DNA of 64,000 nucleotides from Patescibacteria group bacterium (GTDB lineage Bacteria > Patescibacteriota > Minisyncoccia > Phycocordibacterales > UBA9973): positions 776 through 64,775 of the forward strand of contig JAUPVQ010000012.1 in NCBI GenBank assembly GCA_030916965.1, written 5' to 3'. Positions within the stretch are counted from its first letter, which is position 1; every line of letters starts with the position of its first letter. The notes beneath the pieces are model-generated. The model did no database searches and was not told where the DNA came from. It worked only from the letters and a program-made list of their open reading frames with translations. Of this stretch, positions 39,364 to 48,291 are shown piece after piece. Both the position numbers and the translations under genes were made by a program.

Positions 39364-39732
39364 TTAGTGAGTCATTAAGACGAATTTGCCGTCTTTGATT
39401 TCATAATTTTTCTCCACAAAGATTCTCTCCCCTTCATCAACGATAATATGAATTCTATCGTTTATTAGTTTTCGCCGTAAATTCATATTGGGGTTTTCGA
39501 CTTTCCCTATCACAATATTATTCACTTTGTCGAAAATTTTGGTATGTATAATCAAATTCTCATCCAACTCTTTAGGTAAAAAATGAAATGGATTCGAAAG
39601 TAGTTGTTTTTTTCTTTGGTTTTCCTTGTAAAATAAATAGGCAAAAATCAAAGCAATGATAGAAACACCGAAGAAAAAATAATTAGGGATGTCCAAGTTG
39701 GACAATTCGTGGATTAAATTTTTTAGATTCAT
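39364..39732 (-). CDS. Hypothetical membrane-anchored protein (122 aa) inserted between rpsN and rplE
   Basis: One N-terminal TM helix, then a soluble domain. Flanked on both sides by terminator-like hairpins. Confidence 0.45.
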   Translation of the reverse strand: MNLKNLIHELSNLDIPNYFFFGVSIIALIFAYLFYKENQRKKQLLSNPFHFLPKELDENLIIHTKIFDKVNNIVIGKVENPNMNLRRKLINDRIHIIVDEGERIFVEKNYEIKDGKFVLMTH

Positions 39733-39788
39733 AATTATAAGGAGTTAAATTTTCTCTCATCATACCCCTTACACTAAAAATGTCAACG

Positions 39789-39816
39789 AAAAAATCCCCT
39801 TTCGGGGACTTCTTAG
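39789..39816 (-). terminator. Intrinsic terminator after rplE
   Basis: Minus strand: GTCCCCgaaaGGGGAT followed by TTTTTTCG. Confidence 0.5.
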
Positions 39817-39821
39817 AAATA

Positions 39822-40361
39822 TTACTTTTTGAATGGAATACCTATGAGTTTGAAGAATTCTAATGCTTCCTTTTTTGTCTTTGCGCTTGTTACTATTGTA
39901 ACTGCCATACCGAATACATCTTTTAGTTCTTCATCTCCTGCTTCTGGGAAGATTGTGTGCTCTTTGATACTCATTGTTAGATTTCCGATATTGTCTACAA
40001 TTTTTGTCTCTATACCACGGAAGTCTTTTGTACGAGGGATTGCAACGTTGATTAGCTTATCTAGGAATGAGTACATACGCGCACCACGTAGTGTAACCAT
40101 TACCCCTACTGGATCCCCTTCACGGATTTTGAAGCTCGCGATAGATTTCTTTGCACTTCGTAGAGCTGGCTTCTGACCTGTGATCTTTGCAAGGCGTCCT
40201 ACAACAAAGTCGTTGCGATTCTTGTCGCGCTTTACAGCACTACCTGTGCCTGTAGCTACAACTACCTTTACCAAATGAGGTGCAGACATCAAATTCTTGT
40301 ATTTGAAGTCGCCTTTCATTGTTGTGTATGCTTTTTTCTCTTTTTGTTTTGTTGTTTCCAT
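39822..40361 (-). CDS. rplE: Ribosomal protein uL5
   Basis: 179 aa. L5 family throughout. Confidence 0.9.
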   Translation of the reverse strand: METTKQKEKKAYTTMKGDFKYKNLMSAPHLVKVVVATGTGSAVKRDKNRNDFVVGRLAKITGQKPALRSAKKSIASFKIREGDPVGVMVTLRGARMYSFLDKLINVAIPRTKDFRGIETKIVDNIGNLTMSIKEHTIFPEAGDEELKDVFGMAVTIVTSAKTKKEALEFFKLIGIPFKK

Positions 40362-40380
40362 ATATTAATTACAAATTAAA

Positions 40381-40599
40381 TTAAGCAACCTTTTTTGCAT
40401 TACTTGCGTCTATTGGCATTGCCATTTCTATTACTTGCCCTGCGCCAGTCTTCTTGCTTGCTTTCTTGCTTCGCTTCTTCATGTTGATACCCTCAACAAC
40501 TATTTTGTTGAGTGTAGGCATAGCTTTCATTACTTTACCTTTTTTACCTTTGTCGCTTCCGGCAAGAATTATTACATTGTCTCCTTTTTTGATTTTCAT
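40381..40599 (-). CDS. rplX: Ribosomal protein uL24 (short, KOW)
   Basis: 72 aa. KIKKGDNVIILAGSDKGKKGKV. Confidence 0.85.
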   Translation of the reverse strand: MKIKKGDNVIILAGSDKGKKGKVMKAMPTLNKIVVEGINMKKRSKKASKKTGAGQVIEMAMPIDASNAKKVA

Positions 40600-40603
40600 A
40601 TAA

Positions 40604-40975
40604 TTATATAACCTCTGGTGCTAATGAAATAATCTTTTGGTAGCCACGCTCTGCTAGCTCTCGTGGAATTGGTCCGAATACACGACCTGCTTTTGGGTCT
40701 TGCTTGTCCTTTTCTAGTATTACTACTGCATTATCATCAAAACGAATATATGATCCATCCTTTCGGCGAAACGCATTTGTAGTACGCACAACTACAGCCT
40801 GACAGACATCCTTCTTCTTTATACCCTTGCGAGGTTCTGCAACCTTTACAGAAAGGATTACTTTGTCGCCAATATAAGCATAACGTCGGCGTGATGAGCC
40901 AAGTACTTTGAAGACCTTGCCAACCTTTCCGCCAGCATTGTCTGTTATTTTTACTACTGTTCCGTCTTGTATCAT
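40604..40975 (-). CDS. rplN: Ribosomal protein uL14
   Basis: 123 aa. MIQDGTVVKITDNAGGK... Confidence 0.9.
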   Translation of the reverse strand: MIQDGTVVKITDNAGGKVGKVFKVLGSSRRRYAYIGDKVILSVKVAEPRKGIKKKDVCQAVVVRTTNAFRRKDGSYIRFDDNAVVILEKDKQDPKAGRVFGPIPRELAERGYQKIISLAPEVI

Positions 40976-40979
40976 ATAA

Positions 40980-41228
40980 TTAAGCTATTACTTTAAATTT
41001 CTTATCTTTAGAGATTGGACGAGTCTCTACGATTTCTACCTTATCCCCTGTTTTCTTGGAATTTGTTTCGTCATGGGCCTTGTACTTCTTGCTGATTTTC
41101 AATCTTTTACCGTATTTTTTGTGCTCTACAAAGCGAGTAACAGATACTACAATAGTCTTGTCCATTTTATCTGAAACAACAACTCCTTTCAATACTTTAT
41201 TCTTTTTTACTTCTGTTTTTTCTTTCAT
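40980..41228 (-). CDS. rpsQ: Ribosomal protein uS17
   Basis: 82 aa. [18 protein letters not shown]... Confidence 0.9.
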   Translation of the reverse strand: MKEKTEVKKNKVLKGVVVSDKMDKTIVVSVTRFVEHKKYGKRLKISKKYKAHDETNSKKTGDKVEIVETRPISKDKKFKVIA

Positions 41229-41234
41229 AAAAAT

Positions 41235-41654
41235 TTATTGACGAGCTACGATGCGTGTCTTTAATGGTAATTTTGTACCAGCCTTGCGCAAAGCCTCACG
41301 AGCAAGAGCTTCTGGAATTCCATCTACTTCGAAAATGATGCGTCCTGGATTTACTTCCATACAGTAACCTTGTGGATCACCTTTACCCTTTCCCATACCT
41401 ACTTCTGCGGGCTTTGCTGTAAATGGTCGGTCTGGAAAAATACGAATCCAAATACGTCCAGCTTTTGTGATAGTACGAGTTGCAACCTTACGAGCAGATT
41501 CGATTTGGTTAGACTTTACGCGAGCGCTTGATGTAGCCTTCAATCCGAATGATCCAAAAGCAAGTGTAATACCCCGAGTATCTGGAGTACGACGCTCCAC
41601 ATTTCTGCGTGCTGTTTGCCATTTTCTAAATTTTACTTTCTTTGGGATTAACAT
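41235..41654 (-). CDS. rplP: Ribosomal protein uL16
   Basis: 139 aa. MLIPKKVKFRKWQ... Only 6 nt separate it from rpsQ, so no rpmC is encoded between them. Confidence 0.9.
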   Translation of the reverse strand: MLIPKKVKFRKWQTARRNVERRTPDTRGITLAFGSFGLKATSSARVKSNQIESARKVATRTITKAGRIWIRIFPDRPFTAKPAEVGMGKGKGDPQGYCMEVNPGRIIFEVDGIPEALAREALRKAGTKLPLKTRIVARQ

Positions 41655-41659
41655 AAAAA

Positions 41660-42322
41660 TTATTTTTTATCTTCATTAAAAATTTCACCACGGTATATCC
41701 ATACTTTGATACCAATATCACCGTATGTCATATGTGCTTTCTCACGAGCAAAGTCTACGTCCGCACGGAATGTCTGCAAAGGAATACTTCCTTTCTTGAT
41801 CTGTTCTGTACGAGCGATTTCAGCTCCACCAAGACGGCCTCCGATGAATATACGTGCCCCTTTTACTCCACGAGCAGCCATAACCTTCTCTATCATTTGC
41901 TTCAATACACGGCGGTATGGTAGGCGCTTCTCCAAGCCCTCAGCAATACCATAAGCAACGATAGCAGCATCTGCATCTGGGTTTGTAACTTCGATAATAT
42001 CGAACTTTACTTCTTCTGGAAGATTGATTTTGCTCTTTGAAAGTGACTTCAACAACTCAGCTTTAAGCTTCGCAGCACCCTCACCACTGCGGCCAATGAT
42101 CATACCTGGGCGTGATGTGTGTACTAGGATCTTCAAACTTTTGTTATTGCGCTCTATGTCAACAGTCGATATGTACATACCACGCAATTTCTTGTCCAAG
42201 AAACGACGGATAAGAACATCACCTGCTAAATTTGAAGCGTAATTTTTGTCAGCAAACCAACGGCTTTTCCAACCGCGTAGTATGACTAATCTATGAGCAT
42301 ATGGGTGTACAACTTTTGACAT
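41660..42322 (-). CDS. rpsC: Ribosomal protein uS3
   Basis: 220 aa. KH domain plus S3-C. Confidence 0.9.
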   Translation of the reverse strand: MSKVVHPYAHRLVILRGWKSRWFADKNYASNLAGDVLIRRFLDKKLRGMYISTVDIERNNKSLKILVHTSRPGMIIGRSGEGAAKLKAELLKSLSKSKINLPEEVKFDIIEVTNPDADAAIVAYGIAEGLEKRLPYRRVLKQMIEKVMAARGVKGARIFIGGRLGGAEIARTEQIKKGSIPLQTFRADVDFAREKAHMTYGDIGIKVWIYRGEIFNEDKK

Positions 42323-42326
42323 ATAA

Positions 42327-42743
42327 TTATTTATCTTCTTTCTTAGCTTTTAAAACCTTGGCTTTTGGGGCCTTTTTAACAGCAACTTTCTTTGCTACTT
42401 TTTTAGCTCCATCCTTTGATCCTACTTCTTTCAATGTAAGCAAAACGTGACTTGTACGCTTGTTGATACGTGATGCACTACCACGAGCTCTTGGCATAGA
42501 GCGCTTCATAACAAGACCCTTGTTTACTGTAACATTTGCAATCACTAGGTTATTGATATCCATTCCTTGCAACTTTGCATTTGCAACTGCTGAATCGAGC
42601 AATTTCATCATTGGTAGACTTGCTCGCTTGATCAAATTGCGAAGCTCTGTTTGAGCTACAACAACACTTTTACCCTTCAACAAATCTCCGACTAAGCGGA
42701 CTTTGCGAGGAGACTGTCTGTAATTTTTGAGTGATGCTTTCAT
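42327..42743 (-). CDS. rplV: Ribosomal protein uL22
   Basis: 138 aa, basic C-terminal tail. Confidence 0.9.
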   Translation of the reverse strand: MKASLKNYRQSPRKVRLVGDLLKGKSVVVAQTELRNLIKRASLPMMKLLDSAVANAKLQGMDINNLVIANVTVNKGLVMKRSMPRARGSASRINKRTSHVLLTLKEVGSKDGAKKVAKKVAVKKAPKAKVLKAKKEDK

Positions 42744-42752
42744 ATATTAAAA

Positions 42753-43097
42753 TTATTTCTTCTTTGTATCTGTTGCACCCTTTGCAGCCTTGGCAGCAGT
42801 AATCTCGGCCTCTTTCTTCTTTTGCTCTAATTCTTTTTGCATTTTACCTCCATGGCGTACGAACTTACGAGTTAGAGAAAATTCTCCTAAACGGTGTCCT
42901 ACCATGTCTTCTGTAACCAATACTTCAACGTGCACCTTACCATTATGTACTCCGAACATGAATCCTACCATTTCTGGAGAAATTTGACATGCACGAGACC
43001 AGGTCTTTATCATACCTGTTTCGATTGGTTTCTTGCCAGCGATTTTTTTCAAAAGTCGCTCGTCTACGTATGGTCCTTTTTTAAGTGATCTTGTCAT
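42753..43097 (-). CDS. rpsS: Ribosomal protein uS19 (with a lysine-rich C-terminal extension)
   Basis: [19 protein letters not shown]... Confidence 0.9.
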   Translation of the reverse strand: MTRSLKKGPYVDERLLKKIAGKKPIETGMIKTWSRACQISPEMVGFMFGVHNGKVHVEVLVTEDMVGHRLGEFSLTRKFVRHGGKMQKELEQKKKEAEITAAKAAKGATDTKKK

Positions 43098-43190
43098 ATA
43101 TAAAATAAAGCTCTACAGAGCTCGTAAGGTGTATATTATACCAAAGCGTTACAATAGTCAAGTTAATATATTATTGCTATAATAAAATCT

Positions 43191-43826
43191 ATGAATATAA
43201 TCAAATCCAAAGAATTGGCCAAAAAACTCTTGGAAATTAAGGCCGTAAAATTAAATGTTGAAAATCCGTTTACTTGGACATCTGGTACGATATCCCCTAT
43301 TTATTGTGATAATCGTATGGTACTTTCTTATCCAGAAATTCGAACTTTTGTAAAAAATGCTCTGGCTGAAATTATTCAAGACAAATTTCCAAACACAGAA
43401 GTCGTAGCCGGAGTAGCAACTGCAGGAATTGCACATGCAGCACTAGTATCGGATGTATTAAATTTACCGAATTGTTATGTACGTCCCGAGCCAAAAAAAC
43501 ATGGGATGAAAAATCAGATCGAAGGCAATCTACCAAAAGGTAGCAAGGTTGTACTAGTAGAAGATTTGATTGCAACTGGTAAAAGTAGCTTCCAATCAAT
43601 CCAGGCCGTTCGCGAAGCAGGCTCCGAGGTGATTGGGCTTGTGGCATTATTTACGTATGGATTTCCAGATGCAAAAGAATCATTTGATAAAGAAAATATT
43701 CCAACATATACTATTTCAAATTTCGAAACTTTGTGCACAGTTGCAGTAGAAGAAAATTTGCTCGATAAAAATAATCTAGAGAAAGTTATAGAATTCGCCA
43801 AAAACCGCGACGGGTGGAGAAAATAA
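43191..43826 (+). CDS. pyrE: Orotate phosphoribosyltransferase
   Basis: 211 aa. PRPP-binding loop VVLVEDLIATGKS. Confidence 0.85.
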   Translation: MNIIKSKELAKKLLEIKAVKLNVENPFTWTSGTISPIYCDNRMVLSYPEIRTFVKNALAEIIQDKFPNTEVVAGVATAGIAHAALVSDVLNLPNCYVRPEPKKHGMKNQIEGNLPKGSKVVLVEDLIATGKSSFQSIQAVREAGSEVIGLVALFTYGFPDAKESFDKENIPTYTISNFETLCTVAVEENLLDKNNLEKVIEFAKNRDGWRK

Positions 43827-43829
43827 ATA

Positions 43830-44558
43830 CTACTTGGCTATAAGCATTGCATCTATTATTTGTTGCAACACAAGTTGAGCTGCTTCAGCCCTATCTTTTT
43901 GTTGTGTGATACCTCGCCCTACAACAATAGCAGTAGCTCCATTTAAAATTGCATCTTTTGGTGTCATTGTGCGATTTTGATCATTGGTTACTGTCCAATC
44001 AGGTTGGATCCCTGGAGTTATTTTTATCAAATCGTTAAATTGTGGGTCCATGCATAGCATCAATAATTCATTTGGGGAACACACAATACCATCCATTTTT
44101 GAATTGAGTGCATCCTCTGCAAATTGATAAACTTTTTCATTGACTGGTGATCCAAATATATGCAAGCAATCTTCTTCAGTATGAGAAGTCAGTACGGTAA
44201 CACCCAAAATACAAGTATCCCCTTTGTTTTCAACGGCTCTTTCCAATGCTCTTGCTCCAGCTGAGCAATGCACTGTCATCATATCTACATTTTTTTGAAC
44301 CAATTTGGCCGTTGCATGACCTACTGTATTAGGGATATCGTGGAATTTACCATCAAAAAAAACTTTTGCTTTATATTTTTTAACAAGATTTATCATTGTG
44401 TCTATCCCATAAGCAGTACTTACTTCGAGCCCTATTTTATACCATCCACAGAATAAATATGTTTCTTTAATTAAATCTTCGATTTCGCCTAGACTAGCAA
44501 CATTATCGATAGCAATAATTAATTTATCTTTTGGTGTTTTAAATAGATTGTCTTTCAT
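43830..44558 (-). CDS. pyrF: Orotidine-5'-phosphate decarboxylase
   Basis: 242 aa. DGKFHDIPNTV (Lys-Asp-Lys-Asp array) and IVVGRGI. Confidence 0.85.
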   Translation of the reverse strand: MKDNLFKTPKDKLIIAIDNVASLGEIEDLIKETYLFCGWYKIGLEVSTAYGIDTMINLVKKYKAKVFFDGKFHDIPNTVGHATAKLVQKNVDMMTVHCSAGARALERAVENKGDTCILGVTVLTSHTEEDCLHIFGSPVNEKVYQFAEDALNSKMDGIVCSPNELLMLCMDPQFNDLIKITPGIQPDWTVTNDQNRTMTPKDAILNGATAIVVGRGITQQKDRAEAAQLVLQQIIDAMLIAK

Positions 44559-44559
44559 G

Positions 44560-45000
44560 TTAATTTAATATTATTTTTGGTAAGAATATTATCAAGCCTA
44601 TCACACTTGCCACAACAACAGAAATAAGGACTGCTCCTGCCGCGACATCCTTTGTTGCTTTCGCGTATGGGTGATATTCAGGACTAGTAAGATCTATATC
44701 TATCTCCATAGCAGTATTAAATGCCTCTGAAGCGAGCACGAAGCCCATAGCCAGCACTAGAACTGACCATTCAGCATGTGATATATCAAATTTGAAACCA
44801 AGAACTATAGCAACTATAGCTGCCACCATGTGCACCCAAGCATTGTGCTGTGTACGAAGCATAATCCCAATTCCTCGAAAAGCATGCTTGAAGCTACGCG
44901 CCCGAGCAATAATTGAGAAGTTCTTTTTAGTCAAAAATTTATCCATATACAGCATTATAACAAAAAATACCCATAACGGGTATTTTTTGTTATTCACCAA
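44560..45000 (-). CDS. dgkA: Prokaryotic diacylglycerol / undecaprenol kinase (DgkA family)
   Basis: SFKHAFRGI...EAFNTAMEIDIDL...AKDVAAGAVL parallels E. coli DgkA. The start may be at the internal MDKFL. Confidence 0.75.
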   Translation of the reverse strand: MVNNKKYPLWVFFVIMLYMDKFLTKKNFSIIARARSFKHAFRGIGIMLRTQHNAWVHMVAAIVAIVLGFKFDISHAEWSVLVLAMGFVLASEAFNTAMEIDIDLTSPEYHPYAKATKDVAAGAVLISVVVASVIGLIIFLPKIILN

Positions 45001-45010
45001 ACTTAATAAA

Positions 45011-45661
45011 CTAAAGAGGCCTTTGACTTGTTGTAGGATCTAATAACTTACCCATATTAGGAAGAGGAATATCACCTTCTGCTGAGACACTATTTACACC
45101 CGCTTCGTCGGGATTAATAAATTTTGTTATTAATAAAGCTTTAGTTTCTTTATTTATAGTTCCGCTCGCTGGAAGTTTGTATTTCTTTTGGAATTTAGTA
45201 ATTGCTGATTTCGTCATAGATCCATAATTTCCATCTACAGCACTAATTAATCCTTCATTTTTTAAAACAAGTTGTATTTTTTTAACATTTGTATTATTTT
45301 TATTCCCTAAAACAGGTGTTTTTGCATCAAAAACTTGTGAAGCACCAGTTGTAGGAAGTATAGCCCCTCCTCCATAAATACCATCTTCTTGCGGATTTTT
45401 ATTAGCAGAATATCCACGTGTATCACACCAGATCTTTGTACCATCACCTTTCATTTCTCCCCCAACTGTATATGTACTACCATCTGAATATGTAATAGTT
45501 ACCTGGCAAAGATTCCTACCTGAATCAGGATCATGACCTAAATATTTAGTAGTTCGTCCAACCTCATACTTTACTTCTTTTGCAAAAATGAACCCAGTAA
45601 ATGAAACAAACATAAGTATAAAAACAAAACTCCCTAAACCAATTTTTAAAAATTTCTTCAT
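45011..45661 (-). CDS. Secreted protein with a C-terminal peptidoglycan-binding (PG_binding_1-like) domain
   Basis: Signal peptide/anchor MKKFLKIGLGSFVFILMFVSFTGFIFA. C-terminal VKKIQLVLKNEGLISAVDGNYGSMTKSAITKFQKKYKLPASGTINKETKALL. Confidence 0.6.
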   Translation of the reverse strand: MKKFLKIGLGSFVFILMFVSFTGFIFAKEVKYEVGRTTKYLGHDPDSGRNLCQVTITYSDGSTYTVGGEMKGDGTKIWCDTRGYSANKNPQEDGIYGGGAILPTTGASQVFDAKTPVLGNKNNTNVKKIQLVLKNEGLISAVDGNYGSMTKSAITKFQKKYKLPASGTINKETKALLITKFINPDEAGVNSVSAEGDIPLPNMGKLLDPTTSQRPL

Positions 45662-45724
45662 AATATGAATAGAATTAAATTGTGTGTTGTTATAATAAAA
45701 TTACACACAACTTAAACTAATAAC

Positions 45725-45755
45725 ATTGTACCCCCCCCCCTCGGCCTCCTGTCAA
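45725..45755 (-). promoter_or_regulatory. Sigma70-like promoter with a G10 homopolymer inside the -35/-10 spacer
   Basis: Minus strand reads atatTTGACAggaggccgaGGGGGGGGGGTACAATgt: -35 TTGACA, 19-nt spacer ending in G10 (plus-strand C10 at 45731-45740), -10 TACAAT. Lies upstream of 45011..45661. Confidence 0.55.
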
Positions 45756-45794
45756 TATATTGTGGGGATAAATAATTTACTAAATACCCTATAT

Positions 45795-45826
45795 ATAAAT
45801 AATACACATTTAAGCATATGCATAAA
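45795..45826. repeat. Palindromic repeat element, copy A
   Basis: ACACATTTaaGCATATGCatAAATGTGT. About 27/32 identical to copy B. Terminator-like hairpin just 3' of gene 45849..46457. Confidence 0.6.
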
Positions 45827-45848
45827 TGTGTTTCATTTTATTTTTTTA

Positions 45849-46457
45849 CTACTTTTTTCTAATTCTTAGATACAACAATGATACTGCTACTGCGCCTAGG
45901 ACGTCTAGGAGCATATCCTTTTGTGCGTCCCAGATGTCGCCTTGAGAGCCTAGGAAGGCTGCTCCACTCTCCCCTCCATACAATTCTGCATACCACCATT
46001 CTGTCCATTCGTAGAACACAGCCACAAATGCTATAAAAAATATAGAATGAGTTATCGCGAGAAACCTTTTGGCCACCAACTTCCTTTCCACCATGTATTC
46101 AATAATCGGTAATGCATAGAATCCTACTGTAAAGTGCCCAATACGATCATACATATTACGCTCAAATCCGAAAAAGTTATTAAAGAAATCAAATGGTACA
46201 CGCTCAAATGTATAGTGCCCTCCAATAGTATGCCAAAATGGCAATATGAACATTAGTATATATGAAGTATTAGAGAATCGTACACCTCGGTAATATAGGA
46301 TTACTATAAACAAAACGAGCAACATAATAGGAATATTCTCGGCATACCAAACGCTCCGTGAATAAGGATTAATCCCTGCAACAATTGCCTCTATTACATA
46401 AAGGCCCAATAAAATATGTGGTAAATATTTTTTCATATTATAAATTACTAAATACAA
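45849..46457 (-). CDS. Polytopic membrane protein (202 aa), possibly YjdF/DUF2238-like
   Basis: 5-6 TM helices. Motifs HTIGGHYTFERVPF and ERNMYDRIGHF. The family assignment is from memory only. Confidence 0.45.
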   Translation of the reverse strand: MYLVIYNMKKYLPHILLGLYVIEAIVAGINPYSRSVWYAENIPIMLLVLFIVILYYRGVRFSNTSYILMFILPFWHTIGGHYTFERVPFDFFNNFFGFERNMYDRIGHFTVGFYALPIIEYMVERKLVAKRFLAITHSIFFIAFVAVFYEWTEWWYAELYGGESGAAFLGSQGDIWDAQKDMLLDVLGAVAVSLLYLRIRKK

Positions 46458-46776
46458 ATAATAAAATAATCATAGGCACAATAGTTAGAACTAATTCAAC
46501 AATAAAAAATATCCGGGCTATTCTATATGCTGAAGGACTTTTGGTGAAAATAATTACAAGTGCCGGAACAATGAATAATAAGATCGCAAAACTACCAGAA
46601 CTCCTGTTAAAAATAATTGGCAAGAGGAACAAAAAAGCATATATAACAAGCTGTATATAAGCAATAACTAAGATTACTTTAGATTTATGAAATTCTTTTA
46701 CAACAGCACTAACTGGTATTGGAACTGGTGGTGGAGTTATGATAGGTGGTATTTCCATAGATATTTTATTCCCCAA
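46438..46776 (-). CDS. Small 2-3 TM membrane protein (112 aa), paralogue of 47969..48289
   Basis: Pro-rich N-terminus. Shared block VVKEFHKSKVILVIAYIQLVIY versus VVAKEFKKNINAIILACVQIIVII. Confidence 0.5.
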   Translation of the reverse strand: MGNKISMEIPPIITPPPVPIPVSAVVKEFHKSKVILVIAYIQLVIYAFLFLLPIIFNRSSGSFAILLFIVPALVIIFTKSPSAYRIARIFFIVELVLTIVPMIILLFVFSNL

Positions 46777-47218
46777 CTACTTTGTGGCGACTTTGAGTGA
46801 GGTATATACCATATGTACATACGGCAATAAGGGCGAGCATTACTATGTAGAACTGGATTGTAGTGTGATGATTGATGAAATATACACTAACTTGAAGCAG
46901 TAGTTGCATAGCCAAGATTATACTGACCACGAAATATGGTACAAGTGCTACTGCATAACGCTCTTGTCTGTGAGAAAGTGATAGATTCAATACTAATGCA
47001 ATAACTAGGAAGAATATTATTACAACAGCATGCACAATGATCACACCTAAGTTGTCGAAATAGTCGAGCGGTGGCAATGCAATCAAACGGCCTGTATCGT
47101 AGAGTACCCTCTCGGCTAAGGCTAGAAGTGATAGGCCAAGGAGGGTCACAATAAATCCTCCAGTATTTGTAAACTTTGTTTTGAAAACATTTTCATTTTG
47201 TGTTGTTACAAGTGCCAT
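46766..47218 (-). CDS. 4-TM membrane protein (150 aa), same architecture as 48292..48768
   Basis: Overlapping or coupled genes. Hydrophobic profile. Confidence 0.5.
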   Translation of the reverse strand: MALVTTQNENVFKTKFTNTGGFIVTLLGLSLLALAERVLYDTGRLIALPPLDYFDNLGVIIVHAVVIIFFLVIALVLNLSLSHRQERYAVALVPYFVVSIILAMQLLLQVSVYFINHHTTIQFYIVMLALIAVCTYGIYLTQSRHKVVGE

Positions 47219-47222
47219 ATAA

Positions 47223-47867
47223 TTATGATTTCATATATTTTTGAATAAAAAGAATCGATCCTGTAAGTACAATAATTATAAGTATCAATACAACATACAC
47301 ACCATAAGCTGCATTAGCATTCAAAATATAGTTGCTAGTATCCCAAAGTAGTCGTACGAGCAAAAATCCGCTAACCAGGAAGTATGGCTGGGACATAATA
47401 AGGAACTTTTTCTTATGATCTCGGAAAGATTCATGCAAGATAAAAGCCACTACTATAAACGGGACAATCAGCATCACATCAAAAATCAATTTAGCATTTA
47501 TACTATTTGTAAATATAGCACTGTCATCTATTACCTTATTGAGGAGTATAAATATAGCAGCACAAAGCACTGTCGCAAGACCAATACTATATGGTGAATT
47601 GTACTCAACTGAGTGATTCTGGTTAATAGTATGACTACTTGCCACTGTAGACTTAGCAACATTTATAGATACTGTTTGTTGTGGAATATTTATTTGAGCT
47701 GTACCTGCTGGCACCGGCATCCCCTTCAAGAGCTTCATATGTGAATATGCTTCCTCTACTTCATTACTCTGCCATCCAGCCTTGGCCAATACATCCCGAA
47801 CAGCAGACTCGGTAAAACCCTGAGCCTCGACTGTCTTTATATAGTTCACCAACTGCTCATTTATCAT
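47223..47867 (-). CDS. Membrane protein (214 aa) with an N-terminal soluble helical domain
   Basis: N-terminal ~60 aa soluble (LVNYIKTVEAQGFTESAVRDVLAKAGWQSNEVEEAY), then 4 TM helices. Confidence 0.5.
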   Translation of the reverse strand: MINEQLVNYIKTVEAQGFTESAVRDVLAKAGWQSNEVEEAYSHMKLLKGMPVPAGTAQINIPQQTVSINVAKSTVASSHTINQNHSVEYNSPYSIGLATVLCAAIFILLNKVIDDSAIFTNSINAKLIFDVMLIVPFIVVAFILHESFRDHKKKFLIMSQPYFLVSGFLLVRLLWDTSNYILNANAAYGVYVVLILIIIVLTGSILFIQKYMKS

Positions 47868-47935
47868 GTATTTAAATTATACTACTTCTCAAAATTTACA
47901 CAATCAAAAACCAATTTTCCCCTTAATAAAAATGA

Positions 47936-47965
47936 TACACATTCTAGCATATGCTGAAATGTGTA
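47936..47965. repeat. Palindromic repeat element, copy B
   Basis: ACACATTCTAGCATATGCTGAAATGTGT. Near-perfect palindrome followed by a U-run on the minus strand. Confidence 0.6.
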
Positions 47966-47968
47966 TCA

Positions 47969-48289
47969 CTAATTTAATTTAGATAAAACAATACTCAAAA
48001 AATAGAAGAAAAAAAATATATACTCAACAGTCATTAAACTTTTTCCTATCTTATAGATAGATTCATCTTTCTTATTTGAAAACAAAATTAGAAGCGCGGG
48101 AATAATTGCAATTATCCACCAAAATGGGACATAGTAGAGTAAGGATTCTGGGTGAACTCGCACACGAAAAATATTAAATATAATAACAATAATTTGAACA
48201 CAGGCAAGAATAATAGCGTTTATATTCTTTTTGAATTCTTTCGCAACTACCGGCACATTTGATTTATTGTTAATTGTTTGTTGTTCCAT
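47969..48289 (-). CDS. Small membrane protein (106 aa), paralogue of 46438..46776
   Basis: Shared KEF-containing block. 2-3 TM helices. Confidence 0.5.
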   Translation of the reverse strand: MEQQTINNKSNVPVVAKEFKKNINAIILACVQIIVIIFNIFRVRVHPESLLYYVPFWWIIAIIPALLILFSNKKDESIYKIGKSLMTVEYIFFFFYFLSIVLSKLN

Positions 48290-48291
48290 AC

